From Paramicrosporidium saccamoebae KSL3 (taxonomy: Eukaryota; Fungi; Cryptomycota): DNA of 22,407 bases. Each line of letters starts with the position of its first letter. Position 1 is the stretch's first letter. This document shows, in pieces, positions 1 through 9,304 of the stretch. The notes beneath the pieces were generated by a model that did no database searches, was not told the DNA's origin, and saw only the letters and a list, made by a program, of their open reading frames with translations. Where the stretch lies: positions 4,969 through 27,375 of the forward strand of contig MTSL01000010.1 in assembly GCA_002794465.1 (NCBI GenBank). Reading direction: 5' to 3'. The position numbers and the translations under genes were made by a program.

Positions 1-12
1 GTTAAGGGTCCC

Positions 13-3000
13 ATGGACGACGGTTTCAATATTGGCAGTTTCCTGTTTGGAAATGTCAATGAAGATGGGATTCTCGACGAAGACTTTTTAGACGAGGTAA
101 CATCATGCAAATGCACGTCATTTTTTAGGAGTTGCGAGCAGCTCTCAGCACTGTCACCAGGAAAACTGGGAAAGGTGACTTTGGTCTCGGATTTGACCTT
201 GATATCCTAAAAGTAGCCAACGACGGGCCAGAGGCCAAGGTCCATGATGTAAAGGTCGACCACAGCCTACCCACTGAGGAGCCTGTACGAGACCCCCAAA
301 TTTGTATGGACACGCGGCGCCTTCAGCTTACAAAGGACGGCCGCATTTTGCGGTATACCATGTTCTTTACTGGAAAGCCGGCGCATTCGCATGGAAGGTA
401 TCAGTCTCGAAGGTTGAGGGTGAGAAAGAAAAAGATTGGCAGACAGGTCGTCTATCAAGAGGACAGCGCTGAAGCTGTGCAAAAGGGCCTGTCTCTCCGA
501 GTGTACAAGGATGGGCCCGCTGGAAACACTGCAAACACAGGACACTCTTTGATTCAGCAAATCTCTGGAAATCATGGGAAAAAAGGTCAGTCGAGTCGAG
601 GCCGGGTCTTGGCAGAATCGTTCGAGTGTCGGGTTCCGATTACTGACACATTTTTAAGACATCCCGCGGCCCTCCAAAATGTTCCCGATCGGCCTTCAAA
701 TTTCCATCCTATTGGACTGATCGAATGGGAAGACAATATTGCATGGGACACGGTGAGTAAATCTCAATCCGGCGTTCCCAGCTTGTTTGCCGATGCAGTC
801 GCTATGAACGGACCTGGTAATCGACTCACCGGCCCCATGTCTGGATCTGGTTCCATGACAACCAGCCGACCACCTACTCCATCCCATTTGCATGCTGCGC
901 GACAAGGCTCTATGGGCAGCAATTCGCGTACAATGACGCCAATGGCACCAACAGTCGCCCCCAAGAGCATTGCTGGTCGCATTGTAAACTTGGAATTTGC
1001 CAGTGGGAAATGGGATGAACAAATCTTTTGGGACGATTCCGTGCTGCCCAGCTCGGTGCCGCCAACCCACTTGCAGTTGAATTTGAATGATCCTTTGCTC
1101 ATTTTTGAGACTGTTGACATGTCAAGTTTTACTGAAAAGTTGATCAAGACTGAAAAGCTAATCCAGAAACGTCTCAAACGTCTTCGTTTTGGGACAACGT
1201 CAGATGGAAAGTCTCTAGTTTTGGTAAAGTTTGATAAGCCAGTGGCCGACCGGTTCAACTTGTCCAATGACAAGCAGTACGACCTCCCTCCAAAGGATTC
1301 TGCCCCATCCAGCAAAAATCAAAAGTCGCTTGCGAGCTCCAGGCTTGTCGTCTCCTCCAGAGTCGGTGTCCAGCACACGGTCCCCGCACTAAAGCTGTCC
1401 ATGCCATTCTACAAGACGTTCTGGACCAAGAATGAGCTTCGTGCCTGGCATCGTCCAAAACTTGATGTGGCCTCTCTCGTCAACAAGGCGATTTGCTTTG
1501 AAAAACTTGCAAAGTCAAAAGAGGGGAGAAAGTCGGCTGCGGGAATCATCAGCAACTCGAAAAAGATTTCCCTCCGCGAAAGAAATTCCGAGTTTACACT
1601 TGTTGAATATTCGGAAGAATTTCCCCTTTTAATGATGAATGTAGGCATGGCCACGTTCCTTCTCCACTTTTATCGGAAGCAACAAATCAAGGAATCGCCC
1701 GTGCTCGAAAATACCTTTGGGATTCCGAGAATCCTGGAGCCGAACGAGTCGTCTCCGTTCTGGATCTTTGGTGACATTCGACCCGGTGAGACGCTGCCGG
1801 TTATTCAGAACAACTTGTTCAGAGCGCCTCTGTTTGAGCATAGTGCGGCGAGCACAGACTTTCTTGGGCTAAAGTTTAACATTAAGGGCAAGACTGTGTC
1901 AAAGTGGTTCATCAGGGAACTTCCTGTAAATATACAAACTGTGGGACAAGTATTTCCCACCATGGAGGTCTTTGGACCACATTCTCGCAAACATAATGTA
2001 TTTTGCCGCAGTCGGATCCAGTCCTTTGCCTACAGGCTCTTCCGAAAGGACGCCAATTCAGAGCTGCCAAGACTAAAGATTAGTCGAATCATGGCCGCAT
2101 TCCCTCAATTTTCCGAGGGAAGTCTGCGAAAATGGCTAAAGGACTATGCCGACAGTGTGCGGAGCGGTCATGATTCCGGCACTTGGCGTCAGCGGCCCGA
2201 TGCGCCCCACCTAAACGAGGATGACATCCGCGCGCTAGTAACGCCAGAAATGGTGTGTCAATATGAAAGCATGTTGGCCGGACAGCAAAGACTGAACGAC
2301 GCTGGATACATGGATCTGCCAGAAGCCGAAGGCGATGAGCACGAAGCCATTGACAACGAGAGTAGTGAGGTCCGTCTGGCACCATGGAGCCTCTCGTCAA
2401 ATTTCATTAGCGCCACTTTGGGGAAATGCACCCTTCAGTTACGAAGTCTTGGCGATCCTACTGGACGAGGGGAAGGCTTTAGTTTTGTCAAAGTAGTTAC
2501 CAAAATGATTCCCCCAGTTTTGAGAAATCCCATGGTCATTGACTCTTCTCAAGACAGCGTGTCGGCACTCAAAGGCTCTAGGATGAATGGCGAACAGGTG
2601 CAGTACCGACAGGAGATTGTCAAGATATGGGATGCCCAGACTCGCGCCCTTAGAGACACCAATGTGCTCCCCGAAGAAACTGTGGAGCACGAGGATGCCA
2701 CTGGGGCGAGTGATGACGCAGCATCCACAGGCTCAAGACCAAGTGGTAAATATATGGAAAAGAAGCTTGTCATAAGGAGGACAGTCAAGAATCCCAGCAC
2801 TGGGATTGACGAGGAACAGATAGAGACAATTACCGATCAAAGACTGATAAGCGCTTACATTAACCAGCGCCGAGTTTGGGAGAGGAAACGGCGCCGTCGC
2901 GAGATTGCTGCTGCTGCATCTGCCGCTCGGGCCAAGAAAGCTCGCCCTGAGGGCCAGACCCCAAAGGCACCAAAGCCGCGTCCGGTAGGGGCAAAGCCCA

Positions 3001-3638
3001 AAAAGATTGTTCAGGTCAAGTGCGGTACTTGCGGAGAGATTGGACATATGCGGACAAACCGTATTTGTCCTAGATATTCGGAATATGAAAATGGGTCCAA
3101 ACGTGCCGAAGTCTCTGGGGAAATGTATCAGACTGCTGGCCGAATGGACAGTGTCAAAATTTCATTTAGCAAGACCCTTTTAGAATCTGCAGCAGCCGCT
3201 CCGGTCCCCCCAATCAAGCTAAAAATTTCGTCAATCCCTCCTATTGGGAGCCCGAGTGTGTCCACCCAGTTAACATCCACCCTGAACACTTTAATGTCTG
3301 ACCCGGAAGCCTGGCCTTTTAATAAGCCTGTCAAGAGGGCCGAATACCCTGCATACTTCCAAATCATCTCGTCACCCATGGATTTCGGAACTATTAAGAG
3401 TCGAATTGCCCAGCATTTCTACTCAAATCAAGCTACCTTCTTGGATGACGTACGACTTGTTCGCGACAACTGCATTTTATTTAATGGGCCGGATCATCCT
3501 TTTAGTAAGACTGTCACTCGCCTTGCATCCATGGCGGAAAATTTGTTACAAGCCGAGCCTAACCTAGATAAACCCAAAGATGCCGTCAACAGTTCACCAG
3601 CCGATGATCAAGGAGAGTTGGTAGTTGATGATAGCTAA
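13..3638 (+). CDS. TAF1: TFIID subunit 1 (TAF1), join(13..96,129..3638), ~1197 aa
   Basis: Exon 1 encodes the TAND/TBP-binding motif (GSFLFGNVNEDGILDEDFLDE). A 32-nt GT-AG intron joins it in phase 0 to the long ORF. The protein has the TAF1 central domain (LVEYSEEFPLLMMNVGMAT; FPQFSEGSLRKWLK; LAPWSLSSNF; GDPTGRGEGFSFVK), a zinc knuckle (CGTCGEIGHMRTNRICP) and a C-terminal bromodomain (WPFNKPV..YFQIISSPMDFGTIK..NCILFNG). Confidence 0.96.
97..128 (+). other. Spliceosomal intron (32 nt) in TAF1
   Basis: GTAACA...TTTTTTAG. Removal fuses the TAND exon in frame with ORF 132..3638. Confidence 0.9.
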
Positions 3639-3710
3639 TATAAGGGAGATGTGGGGATATTATTGGTGAGTACCCAAGCGTGTCTAGACTACATATAGAT
3701 AGATAGGTAG

Positions 3711-3770
3711 TAAAAAGTACCCGAGCATACCTCGACCATATAAAAAGTACCCGAGCGTACCTCGACTATG
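3711..3770. repeat. 30-bp tandem duplication (2 copies) between the convergent 3' ends of TAF1 and the membrane protein gene
   Basis: taaaaagtacccgagcatacctcgaccata / taaaaagtacccgagcgtacctcgactatg, plus a degenerate copy near 3668 (gagtacccaagcgtgtctagacta). Confidence 0.85.
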
Positions 3771-3863
3771 TAGACCACTACACACATGCGCGGCAATAAA
3801 TGCATTTTATGAAATTTTCATATCATCATAATCTTCTATTCTTTTATAATTCTTCTCACTCGC

Positions 3864-6182
3864 TTACTTGCGGACAAAGAAGAAAACAGCAACACCACCG
3901 ATCAACAAGGCAACTCCAATGATGATCCAGATCCACATGTTGGATCCCTCTTCGGTCACAACGACGGGCTTGGCCTTACGGGTGGCAAGAGCCTCGGTCT
4001 GGGCGGTATCCATCTTGGAAGTGACCTTGTCAAAGGCAGCGAGGGTGGCGTTAGAGTCCTTTCCTACCTGGCTAATCTGCTCGGCGGTCATGGCAACAAG
4101 GACGGGCTCGCTAAGAACCTCGAGCTGGGCATCAGTGAACAGAGTCATGTTGTGGGCTTGGATAAGCTTCATCTTGGTCTCATCAAGAGTGGCAACATTC
4201 TTGGCAGTGACGGCAGACCATTGCTTGGGCGACATGGCCACAATGTGCTCATCGTTAATAGCCTTGAACTCGTCTTCCGAAAGACTGGCAAAGACACTCT
4301 GGCCAGCAGCAACTTCGGTGGACAGCATGGGGAACTGAGCGATAGAAACTTCGTTGAGCGTCATCTTGATATCGGCAAATTCAATCTGGCCATAGTGAGA
4401 GAAGACGTTGGAGGCAAACTTGGACACATTGTCGGCAGTGATAGACTTGCGGATAATCTTGGCGCACTCTCCACCAATGGCGGAAAGGGCCTTGTCGTTC
4501 AGGCTGGGGATAATATGCTTGTTGGACTCTTCGGTCAAGGCGACACAGAAGTCCTTGTTTTTCACAAGAACAGACATAAGGCCGTCATTAACATTGCTCC
4601 ACTCAGATGCGGTAAACTTCTCAAGATATATCTTGTAGGCCTCAGGGTCGTTGTTGAACTCGAGAGCCTCAGCAACAAAGGCCGGGTCCGTGGTGTCAAA
4701 GCCAAGAGCATTGCGGCACTCGTCGCTGCAGTTGCCACGGAGCCAGGGCATCTTGTTCAAATAATCGTCTGCGCTTGTAATGGTGGAGCAGTAATGGACG
4801 TTAGCATTCTGAGTCATGGTAGAGATAATGGACTTGTAGTTAGGGCGAGTCTTGACGATTTCAGTCATAATCTCAGTGCCAGAGTAGGTGATCGTCTCAT
4901 TGGCATTGGTAGCACTGAGGCCATCAATCATGGTGGGAGAGAGGTCAATCAGCACATTGTCGGGCAAGGCAGCCAAAGTGATGAGCATCTGGCCAGCAAC
5001 ATCAAGAGACTTTTCGGCGATCATGTTGAAGAGCTCCACGGTCGTAGTGACAGACACGCCCCTCTTCTTGGGGTAGACAACACCATCAGGAAGGTTCTTG
5101 ATAGCCTCCTCCGAGTTGAAAATAATCTGGAGAACCTCAGATGACAAGTACTGGAAGTCAGCGGCGTCAATGTGTCTCACAAAGTCCAAATTCTTCTCGT
5201 CGTACTTCTTAAAGGTGTTCTCAGGCAGATTAAGCAAGTTCTCTCCAACGGGAGTAGAGGTGCTGTAGGATCCAATAAAGCATTCGGGAGTGATGCTCTT
5301 CATCGCCTTCTTAGACACTTTGGAGAGATCCAACTCGTGGCAAGTAGCATGGACGTCGTCAGATTCAGATGCAAACTTTTTCAATTGCTCACCAGTGATG
5401 GCGGCAGTAGTGGTATCAGCAAGAGGGCCGTTCCACATGGCAAAGGTGTTGTCGGGGAGGAGACGGACATGCTTTGAGAGATCTTCAGCACCCAGATTTG
5501 TCATGTTAGCAACACAACTAGGCTTGACAAGGGGGCGCTGGTCAGCGGTTATCATAGTTAGAGTGCTTGCGGGGATAGTCTTGCAAACATCATCATTGTT
5601 TTCCATAAGCATCTTGAAAGAATCCTTGTTCAGACGGGCAATCCTCTTGGCGCTCTCGCTGCCAAAGGCACCGATCATCTTGGAGCCATCTTCCTTGACC
5701 CACTTGGCGGGGATATGGCTGATAGTCACGTCGCAAGCATCCGTAGCGAGATAAGTATAGTACTTATCACGGCACTCTGCGGGAACGTCAGTAGAAGACT
5801 TGACATATTCCAAAAATTTCACTACGGCTCCACAGGCATCAGTTGACATCTTCTTCAACTCGGTACCCTTGATTCCGCTGACGATTTTTTTGATATTTGA
5901 CCTGTTCACATACTGGTTCGTGCGCCACGCATCCAACTGGCTAACCTGGATACCTGCGGCTTTAGCAAGGATTGACTCCATATCGTTTTCGCCAAGGTCT
6001 TCCATGAAGCTGCTAGGGCGGTTACCCCAGTTATCCACGATAGTCTTGTAGTCAGCAGCGTCCAAAGTACCGGCGGTGGCCTTAGTTTTAAGTGCGGCCC
6101 AATCATTCGCAGAAATGGCAGCAGCACTTCCCAGAAGGAGTGCGAGAGCCAGTTTGTTAAGTACCAGAGTGTTCAGGTTCAT
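3864..6182 (-). CDS. Type I single-pass membrane/surface protein of unknown function, ~772 aa
   Basis: The likely start is ATG 6182, giving a signal peptide (MNLNTLVLNKLALALLLGSAAA). C-terminal TM (WIWIIIGVALLIGGVAVFFFV) with a 2-residue RK tail. The ectodomain has recurring Cys pairs and short helical repeats (AMSPKQWSAV, AMTAEQISQV) and several N-x-S/T sites. Confidence 0.85.
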   Translation of the reverse strand: MNLNTLVLNKLALALLLGSAAAISANDWAALKTKATAGTLDAADYKTIVDNWGNRPSSFMEDLGENDMESILAKAAGIQVSQLDAWRTNQYVNRSNIKKIVSGIKGTELKKMSTDACGAVVKFLEYVKSSTDVPAECRDKYYTYLATDACDVTISHIPAKWVKEDGSKMIGAFGSESAKRIARLNKDSFKMLMENNDDVCKTIPASTLTMITADQRPLVKPSCVANMTNLGAEDLSKHVRLLPDNTFAMWNGPLADTTTAAITGEQLKKFASESDDVHATCHELDLSKVSKKAMKSITPECFIGSYSTSTPVGENLLNLPENTFKKYDEKNLDFVRHIDAADFQYLSSEVLQIIFNSEEAIKNLPDGVVYPKKRGVSVTTTVELFNMIAEKSLDVAGQMLITLAALPDNVLIDLSPTMIDGLSATNANETITYSGTEIMTEIVKTRPNYKSIISTMTQNANVHYCSTITSADDYLNKMPWLRGNCSDECRNALGFDTTDPAFVAEALEFNNDPEAYKIYLEKFTASEWSNVNDGLMSVLVKNKDFCVALTEESNKHIIPSLNDKALSAIGGECAKIIRKSITADNVSKFASNVFSHYGQIEFADIKMTLNEVSIAQFPMLSTEVAAGQSVFASLSEDEFKAINDEHIVAMSPKQWSAVTAKNVATLDETKMKLIQAHNMTLFTDAQLEVLSEPVLVAMTAEQISQVGKDSNATLAAFDKVTSKMDTAQTEALATRKAKPVVVTEEGSNMWIWIIIGVALLIGGVAVFFFVRK

Positions 6183-6263
6183 AGTCGTCTGTCGAACAGA
6201 TCCCCTGGCGTCTGGCCCGTCTTTTATAGGCAGCCTGGTCATACCGTGGCTTGCAAGTCGCCC

Positions 6264-6431
6264 ATTGGTCCGAGCTCGGCTAATTGCTATTGGTCCATGA
6301 CCGTGTTGGCCAATCAAAACACATATATGAGTCAGCGGCCGCCATGCTGTGGCCAATAAACGGCCGCCAAAGGACTTTGCGATCTACGATTGGGCCGTTC
6401 GGCCTGGAAAAAATTTCTCCAGCGGACCAAT
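6264..6431. promoter_or_regulatory. CCAAT-box cluster (6 copies) with a TGAGTCA site in the divergent promoter
   Basis: ATTGG at 6264, 6289, 6389; CCAAT at 6310, 6353, 6427; TGAGTCA at 6328; GAAAAAATTTC (RRPE-like) at ~6407. Confidence 0.6.
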
Positions 6432-6474
6432 CATTGTACAGTAATTCGCCTGGTTCTATCGGCGCGGCGTCTCC

Positions 6475-6693
6475 GGAATGCAGTGCAGTGAACAGTTGTG
6501 TGCGACCTGTGCAGTCAAGAACACTGTCACTGGTGCGCGTTCATTGCCTACAACACCCATATAGGCGGCCCGCGTCGTCGTGCTTTGAATACTTGTAGTA
6601 AAGACTCTCTACCTCTGGTTCACTACTCTACGCTCACGCAGTGAGCTCCACAAGCCTCTACTAGTGAACGGCAAGATGTCTTTACTAACATAC
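6475..6693 (+). ncRNA. Candidate box H/ACA snoRNA (hairpin - H box - hairpin - ACA)
   Basis: Hairpin 1 spans 6475-6548, H box ACAACA (ANANNA) 6550-6555, hairpin 2 spans 6596-6687, and ACA lies at 6688-6690. The pocket 1 strands CAGUG and GUGCGCGU bracket a U-A in the conserved 18S rRNA segment ACGCGCGC-UA-CACUG. Confidence 0.72.
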
Positions 6694-6700
6694 CGGCCCC

Positions 6701-6925
6701 TATATTAAACTACTGGGGCCCATGTTAAAGTACTGGCGTTGGTATTAAAGTACTGTGCCGTTATCCAAAGTACTAGCGTCGTTACCAAAGTACTGGCACC
6801 TATATATATATACCAAGTACTAGTACCGTTATCAAAGTACCGATACCTATATTATTAAAGTACTAGTACCATTAACAAAGTACTGATACCTATATTAAAG
6901 TACTAGTTCCTTGTCAAAGTATTGG
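6701..6925. repeat. ~20-bp minisatellite, 11 copies, conserved AAAGTACT core
   Basis: The core TACT/TACC/TATT falls at 6711, 6731, 6751, 6771, 6791, 6818, 6838, 6861, 6881, 6901, 6920. The period is 20 apart from TA expansions. Confidence 0.9.
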
Positions 6926-7445
6926 TGTCTTTATAGACCATTATCTTCAATACGGTGGATGTGATTAGGCTGTCGCGTAATGGGGAATATCACAGACTTT
7001 GTTAGGCGGGGAAGAGACCCCGTTTATTGCGTGATGTGAGGATTACCACAGTACCAATGCAAATAGGAGAAAGAGAACTTTATTACCGACAACCCCTTAT
7101 GAACTCGCCGGCATAATGTCTAAACATCAGAGAGTCAATGCTCCTATTCCTTACTTTTGACCCCCCCCTCTCGATATTTGGACAAGCACCCAGTTGAACA
7201 TTCTACTACTTTACAGTACAATACCCTACGCACAGGATCCCTTTACTGGGCATTTTAAGCGAGAGCTGCCTTTATTAGCCATTGCCCGTATCTTAGGGGG
7301 CGAGTTCTGTCATCTGATTGCGATGGCCAATGGTAGTTGTTCATCTCGCACCACCTCTGCGACATGTACTTTTACAGCATATCGCATACCACGTATCACA
7401 CATCGCACATCACATATTGCGTACCACACATATCATCAGTTAGGA

Positions 7446-9269
7446 CTACCTGCGGTACCTCATATAGTATGCATTCTTGCTGTATGTATATAGTGCACCG
7501 GGCAGACCTTCAGAACTCTTGAAATACTTGTCGTAAAAATTGACGACATATTCCTCGGCTTTAAATCCAAATTTCTGGTACAGTATCAGTGCGGGGTTGG
7601 TGGCGCTGACGTGCAGCGTCAAGTCAAGATGGGGCGGAGCGACTTTGGTCAGCAATATGTACAGTAATATGGAGCCAAGGCCGGAATCAGCCCATTCAGG
7701 ATGAATCATAAAGTAGGTCATGTATCCATCCGGCGTCACAAATGCACAGCCAATGACCAACTTTCGGTAGAGCACAATGATCCCAAAGTCGGGATAATCG
7801 AGGGCCTCGGTCATGTCAACTGCTGGCCAGAAGAACTCTTGCAGGAGACGATTAGTCTGCGGTAGCCACTCACGCCGGACCGGCATAAAGTCTATGGGTG
7901 CCGTTGTGTAGTCACCACTCGAGCGACACTGCCTCAGTTCTTCCAAGAGACGCAGCTTTTGGGGCCTGACGATGTGTTCCCGATGATAGAATCTGGAAAG
8001 TCGCAAGCCAGTGAACGGACTTACCAGCTCGGACGGGTACTGGGGGATCACACATGACGTGCCATTCAACTTTGCCAGAAAAGAGAGACACGGGTCACGA
8101 CGATAGGGGACATCATAAAACGTTTTGCCATCGTCAGGACTGCTATCCGCAGGCACATGTGACAGAGTGTTCACGTTTGGAAAAGTCAACGGATCATTGG
8201 ATTTCAAGTAGCGATACATGAATCCGTCAATATCAAAAATACCTAGCCCCACTCTTCGCTTCATCCTCCTCATTACTAGCTTTCGTTTGAAGCGGTTAAG
8301 TGTAGTGTCTGGATCAGAAATCCGCAAGCACATTTCCAACAGTTCGTTCTCGTGAGGTGAGGCCCTAACATAATTTGCTGGCTTGGCGACTTTGTGCAAC
8401 CTCCGCAGCTCTTTCAGCGACGGTGTATGTCCGAGATCTCTACCATCACTCCTCTTTAGTTCCATCTCTTTGGGACGCGGATAGTCTGCACAAGCCACCG
8501 ACTGGAATGGTGGGGCAGGAGAGTTGGCGAGCGCTTCCTGGAGTAGCTTGGAATCCACCCGCAAAAGACGCTCCACAAGCTTCCGCTTAATTTCCTGTGC
8601 GGCCTTAACAGTGGTTGGTGTGGCCTCTGCCTGTGAGGGTAGTAAAGCGCTCACATTTGGAATCCGGTTCGCAAAATGTTTAGAATATAAAAGAGTTTGG
8701 GCAGTGTCCAAGGTCGCGGGCGACCGGCTGATCGGCAGTGGAGGGGCAAGGTCAGACTCGGCAAAATAGTCCTCGTCAGCGCGCTTGCGTCTGCTCTTGA
8801 GGTCATTTAAATACATGGTTCCAGGCTTGGGTGGTTGGATATGCTTCAGGGCCCACCATCCAGGCTGTTTAAGTCGCTCAAACCCGCTCTCAAAAACTAA
8901 CGCGTTGGCTGAGAGCACGCTGGACACGCTGTTCATCCAGGAGGCTGTCATGGCCTTTGATGGACAAAGAAGAGACCACCGCTCCTCTATAAGCTTGCAA
9001 ATGTCCTCTTTCCACCGGAAAAATCCAACACCAGTTTTGTCAGTCTTGTGTAAATGGTACAGCACCAGCTGTATAATATTTATCCTACAAGTCTAATAGC
9101 ACCGATAGTATTACCAGCTCATGGGCAGACGCTCAACCAGAGGCTCGCCTAATGTACACCTTGAGCACGTATACTTGAAGAAACAGTCTCCGAGTAAAGG
9201 ATTCTGATGATTTTTTAAAAAGTCTACTGGAAGTCGGCATTTATGACAAGTCAGGTGGACGGGATCCAT
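7446..9269 (-). CDS. KAT14: GNAT histone acetyltransferase KAT14/CSRP2BP/ATAC2-like, join(complement 9115..9269, 7446..9084), ~597 aa
   Basis: N-terminal Cys-rich segment (CHKC..LLGDCFFKYTCSRC), then GFFRWKEDIC and QPGWWAL. The C-terminal GNAT (FFWPAVDMTEALDYPDF; HPEWADSGLG; TLHVSATNPALILYQKFGFKAEEYVVNFYDKY; AYYMRYRR*) matches the metazoan KAT14 motif order. A 30-nt intron restores ERLPMSW-INIIQLVLY. Confidence 0.9.
9085..9114 (-). other. Spliceosomal intron (30 nt) in KAT14
   Basis: GTAATA...ACTTGTAG on the minus strand. It removes the in-frame TAA and keeps the frame. Confidence 0.88.
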
Positions 9270-9304
9270 CAAATGTATTTGGTACCCCGGCCAGCGAGTG
9301 AGTT

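Noticed and set aside
4152-5754. Long plus-strand ORFs (4152..5144, 5172..5477, 5290..5754)
   Set aside because: These are antisense shadows of the codon-biased membrane protein gene and have no recognisable motifs.
6183-6356. N-terminal extension of the membrane protein from the ORF-finder start at 6356
   Set aside because: It overlaps the CCAAT-rich promoter and would bury the clear signal peptide that begins at ATG 6182.
6582-6595. TTTGAATACTTG as a C/D-type antisense element to the large-subunit rRNA segment CAAAUAUUCAAA
   Set aside because: It has one mismatch to the sequence as I recall it and no flanking C or D boxes, so it is probably chance.
6595-6690. MITE with GTAGTAAAGAC terminal inverted repeats
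   Set aside because: No target-site duplication is visible. Nested internal stems, a trailing ACA and an upstream partner hairpin fit an H/ACA RNA better.
6701-6925. CRISPR-like mini-array (conserved core plus variable linkers)
   Set aside because: The 8-bp core and ~12-bp linkers are far too short, the linkers are related to each other, and there are no cas genes.
6360-7445. tRNA, U1/U2/U4/U5/U6, U3, SRP or RNase P/MRP RNA
   Set aside because: None of their diagnostic motifs (T-loop GTTCRA, ATACTTACCTG, GTGTAGTA, ACAGAGA, boxes C/D, P4 GGAAAGTC) is present in a suitable arrangement.
7194-7522. ORFs 7194..7493 and 7337..7522
   Set aside because: They run through low-complexity CACAT-rich 3' flank and overlap the KAT14 end antisense, with no homology cues.
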